From: an uncultured virus (IMG/VR IMGVR_UViG_3300021400_000789)
Taxonomy: Duplodnaviria > Heunggongvirae > Uroviricota > Caudoviricetes
IMG/VR virus record: IMGVR_UViG_3300021400_000789
Length of the DNA stretch: 27,144 nucleotides
Strand: one strand, 5' to 3'
Shown piece after piece: positions 25,209 to 27,144 of this stretch. Within the stretch, counting starts at the first letter, position 1. Every line of letters starts with the position of its first letter. Made by a program: the position numbers and the translations under genes. The notes under the pieces were generated by a model that was not told where the DNA came from, searched no databases, and saw nothing but the letters and a program-made list of their open reading frames with translations.

Positions 25209-26306
25209 ATGGCTTTATTTGATGATTTATCAACAATATTTGGCGCATACGCGACCAAAATAAATTCCCTAAAGAGCAATTTAGGTAACATCGCGAACCT
25301 CGATACATCGGTGAAAACCAGTATCGTCGACGCGCTCAATGCGGCCCAGGCTGATATAGATGCCGCAAAGACCGATTTAGGTAGTTTGGGAGATGTGTCT
25401 ATTAAGTATTATCATCCGGATTATGATACCTATGTTGTGCTTGATGGAGAAGGGTATATTATCCCCACGAACAATGAAAGCCATGAAATGAGATATTATC
25501 ATCCTGATTATGAGGGTGTTGTACTCAATAAATCTGGCTATGTCGTACTTTGCGGAGCAGAGCACAAGGAATCCCCGTTAGTAGGGTTGAAACTGTCAAT
25601 TATCGGAGATTCTATATCAACTTACAGTGGCTATATACCGTCTGGATATGCTACTTATTATCCGAACGGGAATGTGTCGAGCGTCGATAATACGTGGTGG
25701 CAAAAGCTGATACATAAGACAGGTCTGAGACTTTGTGTTAATGCTTCGTGGTCAGGGTCAAGACTTGGCGTAGACACTTCACAGCGTACAGACGCTTACT
25801 CAGGTGCATCAGACAAGAGGATAGCAGATTTGGTCAATCCGACAACGCAGGAAGAACCGGACATAATTATCTGTTATATTTGCACTAACGATTGGGGGAA
25901 CAGTGTTCTGATCGGTGACTACAACAGCAAAATGGATATTCCTTATGATGGAGCCGTAACGACAATTTCAGAAGGTTATGCGCTTATGCTGTATAAGCTG
26001 AGGACAACATATCCTGATGCAAGAGTGTACTGTGTTACGCACTTAGACGGGAGACACCACCCAATTAACGGAGATGAAGCATTCCCGATTGTCGATAACA
26101 ATAATCAGACGCTTCATGAAGTAAACCACATGATAATTGAACTGGCTCATGTGTTTGGAGCAAAGGTTATTGATTTGGAAACGAGCGGAGTTCACCCGTG
26201 GAACATAAGCGAGTACACAGTAGACGGGCATCTGCATCCCAATGATAAGGGAATGACGCTCATCGCTGAGCAGGTTTATAAAGTGTTAATGCAGGATTAT
26301 TCATAA
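25209..26306 (+). CDS. SGNH/GDSL hydrolase with fibre-like N-terminus (candidate receptor-binding esterase)
   Basis: Blocks IIGDSIS, NASWSGS, YICTND and DGHLHPN; N-terminal GNIANLDTSVKTSIVDALN fibre-type motif; AAAGGAG RBS. Confidence 0.85.
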   Translation: MALFDDLSTIFGAYATKINSLKSNLGNIANLDTSVKTSIVDALNAAQADIDAAKTDLGSLGDVSIKYYHPDYDTYVVLDGEGYIIPTNNESHEMRYYHPDYEGVVLNKSGYVVLCGAEHKESPLVGLKLSIIGDSISTYSGYIPSGYATYYPNGNVSSVDNTWWQKLIHKTGLRLCVNASWSGSRLGVDTSQRTDAYSGASDKRIADLVNPTTQEEPDIIICYICTNDWGNSVLIGDYNSKMDIPYDGAVTTISEGYALMLYKLRTTYPDARVYCVTHLDGRHHPINGDEAFPIVDNNNQTLHEVNHMIIELAHVFGAKVIDLETSGVHPWNISEYTVDGHLHPNDKGMTLIAEQVYKVLMQDYS

Positions 26307-26318
26307 CGGAGGTGCGGC

Positions 26319-26951
26319 ATGGCATTAAATTTTACAAGTAACGTAATTCAGTTAAACGATGTTGACACAAAGGCTCTTTCGGGCAAAAAAATCTGGTTTG
26401 AAGATTTTGAGTTCAGCGGGAATGAATATAATAAATCAATTCCGCCAAGGTACTTCATCGACGTAAACGCAGGAGGAGCATCGGGGAGTGAAAGCGGCGT
26501 AGCGGATAATAGTCCATTCAGATTTTTCAGCACATATAAGACAGGGAAAAGTCTTTCTTCACTTATTGCAAGCGGCGCAAAATATGCGTATGTAATGACA
26601 GGTACCTTTTATAAACAGTCTGAGCAGAAATATCAACTTAGTAATCAGATATCTACTGTAGTAATGGCGAAGAAGAACAGCTCTAATAAGTGGGAAGCCG
26701 TAATGGATGCATCAGGGCTGATTAGTGTCGATGATGGATTCAAGTATGGCATAAAAATAGTAAATGTTCTTGCAAAAGACACTGATGCAGTAACTGGGTT
26801 TGACATTGACCTTGTCGAAATGGTGCTTGACCTGCAGTATTTTGCAAATAAAGGCGCAGATACATTGTTCTGTGCATATCCGAAGAACGAGGTAACGAAC
26901 ACGCTGATTGAAAAGCCGAGGGTTTACTTTATTTGTGAGTCAAATGAGTAA
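26319..26951 (+). CDS. Hypothetical beta-rich protein, low GC
   Basis: GGAGGTG RBS; 210-aa ORF; no family recognised. Confidence 0.75.
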   Translation: MALNFTSNVIQLNDVDTKALSGKKIWFEDFEFSGNEYNKSIPPRYFIDVNAGGASGSESGVADNSPFRFFSTYKTGKSLSSLIASGAKYAYVMTGTFYKQSEQKYQLSNQISTVVMAKKNSSNKWEAVMDASGLISVDDGFKYGIKIVNVLAKDTDAVTGFDIDLVEMVLDLQYFANKGADTLFCAYPKNEVTNTLIEKPRVYFICESNE

Positions 26952-26954
26952 GTA

Positions 26955-27052
26955 AACTAAACGCCCATATCACACCGATGATCGAAGCGTTTATGAAATC
27001 GCTGTAAGTCTGTTTGCTTGCTCTATGGTTGCGGAAGAATGGGCGTTTAGTT
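26955..27052. repeat. Perfect 14-bp inverted repeat with 70-bp spacer
   Basis: AACTAAACGCCCAT(26955-26968) and ATGGGCGTTTAGTT(27039-27052). Confidence 0.9.
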
Positions 27053-27144
27053 CCCTACTACTCAATGGCTTTATGCACAAATCTATTTTTTGTTGTGCTT
27101 AGCCCATTGAGATAATCTATCTTTTTTATAATATCGGTACCGTC

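Larger units (their letters stand above)
1..27144 (+). mobile_element. Siphovirus-type phage/prophage late region (packaging, head, neck, tail, baseplate)
   Basis: Co-oriented run terS-terL-portal-minor capsid-scaffold-MCP-neck-tail tube-chaperones-TMP-Dit-Tal in canonical order. No att site or integrase in the window, so free phage versus prophage cannot be decided. Confidence 0.97.

Noticed and set aside
301..26902. Many long minus-strand ORFs (e.g. 2904..3659, 11757..12851, 19041..20114)
   Set aside because: They lie wholly over well-supported + strand genes and show no recognisable motifs; typical shadow ORFs of biased codon usage.
27107..27132. Promoter TTGAGA...TATAAT
   Set aside because: The spacer is only 14 bp and the downstream gene is outside the window.

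Overview
The whole window is the late (morphogenesis) region of a tailed dsDNA siphophage or prophage. The host is probably in Bacillota/Clostridia, inferred from the gene families and strong AGGAGG ribosome-binding sites. All credible genes are on the + strand. Gene order: ParB-like / PAPS-reductase-like (IbrA-type) / ParB-like (IbrB-type) module; a ~680-nt structured non-coding block with an anticodon-less tRNA-like element and an initiator-type tRNA-Met; terminase small and large subunits; portal; minor capsid protein; a six-gene accessory island; a structured leader; scaffold; major capsid; neck genes; tail tube; chaperones; a Com-like zinc finger; tape measure; Dit; Tal; small baseplate or fibre modules; and a low-GC SGNH-esterase cassette. 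No integrase, replication or lysis genes are in the window. Best leads: (1) an XRE helix-turn-helix fused in frame to two tandem Tad2/DUF2829-like domains, heading an island that ends in a HEXXH peptidase, which may be a phage regulator that senses host immune nucleotides; (2) CTAAA-N6-TTTAG-type sites and a 14-bp inverted repeat bracketing the low-GC receptor-binding cassette; (3) several structured RNA candidates. Family assignments are by-eye motif recognition; no database searches were run.
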